In this document: positions 61,848 through 64,000 of the stretch, in pieces
How the letters are laid out: every line of letters starts with the position of its first letter
How positions within the stretch are numbered: position 1 is the stretch's first letter
The notes under the pieces: generated by a model
Database searches by the model: none
What the model was told of the DNA's origin: nothing
What the model saw: only the letters and a program-made list of their open reading frames with translations
Translations under genes and position numbers: made by a program
Origin: Minisyncoccota bacterium
GTDB taxonomy: Bacteria; Patescibacteriota; Minisyncoccia; UBA6257; JAGOQP01
Assembly: GCA_041674185.1 (NCBI GenBank)
Contig: JBAYWE010000003.1
Location: forward strand, 896-64,895
DNA: 64,000 nucleotides
Direction: 5' to 3'

Positions 61848-64000
61848 ATGACACCAACTTTTTTGCGTGATTTTAGTCTTTCTGCACTACTGTCACGCAA
61901 AATATATCTTACGGTCGTCTTTTTCGCTTTCATTGTACTGGCTTCATTTTTCATGGAGCCAGTTTCTATTGCCGAAGCTGCTTTATGGAACAACTGCGAT
62001 GGAGGCTGTCAAACTGAATATTTTTGTTCTGGATATACTCGATACTATAACGAACCTGATTGGGAAGATTGTACCGGAGCCTGTATTCCTTACGTTGTTC
62101 AATATAACTCTCCTGCGTGCGGATGGAATAACTGTGTAGGAGTAACCTGTAATCCTTATTGTTCAGGTACAACGGCTTATTACAATGGATATTGTTCCAA
62201 CGGAGCTTGTTATTATTCTACCGACAACTGCGCAAATGGATTTTGTGATGGTATGACTCCCTATGCAGGAGCGGGTTGTTCTGGTGGATCCTGTATGAGA
62301 ACCGCCGGAAGTGCTTGTCCTTCTTCCACCTGTTCAGGCACCACCTATTTATATAATGGATATTGTTCGGGAGGTGGTTGTGGATATTCTTCTTCATCAA
62401 TTACCGCAGGAACCTGTGGAGCGACCTGCACCCCAGGTGCTTCTCGCGTACGTTATAGAACTTATTCTGTCGCCTGTGGATATAGTGGTGCGAGTGAAAC
62501 GCAATACTGTAATGCGAGTGGTACTGGATGGTCTGGTACATTTACTGATACCACCTATACCACCTCATCTCGTACTGCATATTCAGCACTCACTTCTTCG
62601 TGCGGAACATATGGATATTCGAGTGAATCTCAAATATGTTATAACTCTGGTAGTTGGTCAGGAACATTTACCCTCACCTCACCTCCTACCGTTACCTCAC
62701 GAACACGATATAACCCGCAAACTAATTCATGTGGTACCTACGGATATACGAGTGAGGGTCAAACGTGTCAATCAAATGGTTCTTTCAGTGGATCGTATAC
62801 ACTCACCAGTCCTCCTTCCAATTCAACACGGTATATGTATGCTCCCGCAACTTCTGCGTGCGGAACCTACGGTACCATGGGAGAAACACAAACGTGTTCG
62901 GCGGGTGGATGGAGTGGTACTTTTACTTATTCATCCCCACCTGCATATTCAACACGAGTGAGACATGCAGCAAATACATCTTCTTGCGGAACGTATGGGT
63001 ATTCTTCTGAATCACAAACATGTCTTTCAAGTGGTAGCTGGTCAGGATCCTATACACTTGCCTCACCTCCCTCTACAAGCAGTAGAACTATGTATGCACA
63101 ACTCTTTTCTGCGTGCGGAGCATATGGATCAACTTCAGAAACACAATATTGTCAATCGAGTGGAAGTTGGACTGGAAGTTATACGTGGGCATTTGCACCA
63201 CCCTCTAGCTATAGAACTGTTTATGGACCACTTACTTCAGCGTGTGGTACCTATGGATCAACTGCCGAAACACAATATTGTCAATCGAGTGGCGCATGGA
63301 CTGGTACTGGACTAACCATGGGATCACCTCCCTCAAATACAACTCGCTTACGATATGGAGCGCTTACTTCTGCGTGTGGTACCTATAGCATTGATAGTGA
63401 AACACAAACCTGTTTATCAAATGGATCTTTTAGTGGTACGTATTCTCTAACTTCCCCACCAAGTATAACAACGAGAACTAGATACGGAGCGCGTACCTCT
63501 GCGTGTGGAATATATGGATCAGATAGCGAAACACAGACCTGTGGATATAATGGAGCGTGGTCTTCTGTTATGGGATACACTCTTACCTCTCCTCCATCTG
63601 CTGATACTCGTACACGATATGCTGCTGCAACTTCAGCCTGTGGAACATACGGAGCATCTAGTGAGAGTCAATCGTGTCAGTCAAGCGGTTCTTGGTCTGG
63701 AAGTTATTCACTAACTTCTCCCCCATCTGCTGATACTCGTACACGATACACCTCTCTCACTTCAGCCTGTGGAACGTATAGCTATACAAGTGAGAGTCAA
63801 TCATGTCAGTCAAGCGGTTCTTGGTCTGGAAGTTATTCACTAACTTCTCCCCCATCCAATACAACGAGAACGCGCTATACCGCTTTAACAAGCGCGTGTG
63901 GTACGTATAGCTATGATTCCCAAACTCAAACCTGTCAATCAAATGGAAATTTTGATGGAACGTATGCTCTCGCCTCACCTCCTTCATATCCTACAACTCG
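61848..64000 (+). CDS. secreted Cys-rich protein with 12 or more tandem ~43-aa repeats, 3' partial (continues past the window end)
   Basis: Manual translation from the ATG at 61848 gives MTPTFLRDFSLSALLSRKIYLTVVFFAFIVLASFFMEPVSIAEA, then a region with about 30 Cys (CSGTTAYYNGYCSNGACYY, CSGTTYLYNGYCSGGGCGY). Twelve repeats follow, of the form TRxRYxxLTSACGTYGxxSE(T/S)QxCQSSGSWSGSYxLTSPPS (DNA period about 120-129 bp). There is no stop before base 64000. The ORF track missed it and instead shows spurious ORFs in frame +1 and on the minus strand. Confidence 0.6.
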   Translation, partial: MTPTFLRDFSLSALLSRKIYLTVVFFAFIVLASFFMEPVSIAEAALWNNCDGGCQTEYFCSGYTRYYNEPDWEDCTGACIPYVVQYNSPACGWNNCVGVTCNPYCSGTTAYYNGYCSNGACYYSTDNCANGFCDGMTPYAGAGCSGGSCMRTAGSACPSSTCSGTTYLYNGYCSGGGCGYSSSSITAGTCGATCTPGASRVRYRTYSVACGYSGASETQYCNASGTGWSGTFTDTTYTTSSRTAYSALTSSCGTYGYSSESQICYNSGSWSGTFTLTSPPTVTSRTRYNPQTNSCGTYGYTSEGQTCQSNGSFSGSYTLTSPPSNSTRYMYAPATSACGTYGTMGETQTCSAGGWSGTFTYSSPPAYSTRVRHAANTSSCGTYGYSSESQTCLSSGSWSGSYTLASPPSTSSRTMYAQLFSACGAYGSTSETQYCQSSGSWTGSYTWAFAPPSSYRTVYGPLTSACGTYGSTAETQYCQSSGAWTGTGLTMGSPPSNTTRLRYGALTSACGTYSIDSETQTCLSNGSFSGTYSLTSPPSITTRTRYGARTSACGIYGSDSETQTCGYNGAWSSVMGYTLTSPPSADTRTRYAAATSACGTYGASSESQSCQSSGSWSGSYSLTSPPSADTRTRYTSLTSACGTYSYTSESQSCQSSGSWSGSYSLTSPPSNTTRTRYTALTSACGTYSYDSQTQTCQSNGNFDGTYALASPPSYPTT
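62440..64000 (+). repeat. coding tandem repeats (about 123-129 bp per unit, 12 or more units) within the Cys-rich protein gene
   Basis: For example, ccatctgctgatactcgtacacgata...gtcagtcaagcggttcttggtctggaagttattcactaacttctccccca occurs at 63594 and 63723 with more than 90% identity. Confidence 0.65.

Noticed and set aside
62311-63987. Several ORFs on both strands in 62.2-64.0 kb (for example 62311..62961, 62965..63315, 63383..63580)
   Set aside because: They are alternative-frame or antisense readings of the tandem-repeat gene whose real frame starts at 61848. The tandem repeats are coding with a conserved amino-acid pattern and are not a CRISPR array, because there are no unique spacers and the units are degenerate.
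1-64000. Alternative genetic code (UGA as Gly, as in some CPR lineages)
   Set aside because: Long housekeeping ORFs (dnaE, leuS, gyrB, thrS) are intact and of normal length with TGA read as stop. Several genes also terminate in TGA.

Overview
This is an AT-rich bacterial segment of tightly packed housekeeping genes. I infer a Candidate Phyla Radiation / Parcubacteria-like lineage from gene content and protein sizes. The standard genetic code appears to apply, because long ORFs are intact when TGA is read as stop.

Genes I can recognise on the minus strand:
- Division and cell-wall cluster: mraZ-rsmH-ftsL-ftsI-murF.
- Ribosomal and translation genes: rplJ-rplL, a tRNA operon (Tyr, Thr, Thr, rpmG, Trp), tsf-rpsB, trmD, a KH-domain protein gene and rpsP.
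- A very short smc directly downstream of rnc, then nusB, rpmF and rnhB.
- Further along: gatB, rplK-nusG-secE with no rplA, gyrB, alr and leuS.
- A run of pilus-like genes (a PilM/PilN-like fusion and two LamG-domain pilin-like proteins), ftsB and lepA.

On the plus strand are dnaE, thrS, miaA, htrA and a giant 1742-aa protein with a type IV pilin-like (class III) signal peptide. That giant protein is followed by three small paralogous membrane proteins and a 3'-partial Cys-rich tandem-repeat protein.

I fold 13 tRNA genes by eye: Val, Trp, two Thr, Tyr, His, Phe, two Arg, Pro, Ala and Ser.

The most notable non-standard observations are these:
- Two homologous GC-rich elements of about 180 bp (13151..13336 and 38138..38334) lie immediately 3' of tRNA-Tyr and tRNA-Ala. 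Each ends in a direct repeat of that tRNA's 3' end.
- A pilus-like gene neighbourhood includes a giant pilin-like protein built from tail-fibre-like GNVGIGTTxPxxKLxV repeats.
- An IS200/RAYT-like HUH transposase (53763..54512) is flanked by, and contains, copies of a 23-bp REP-like hairpin.
- Two giant surface proteins contain near-identical internal DNA repeats of 609 bp and about 750 bp.

The final ~2.1 kb encodes a long 3'-partial ORF that the ORF track missed because it has no stop inside the window. Coordinates for RNA genes were derived by hand-folding and may be off by a base or two.
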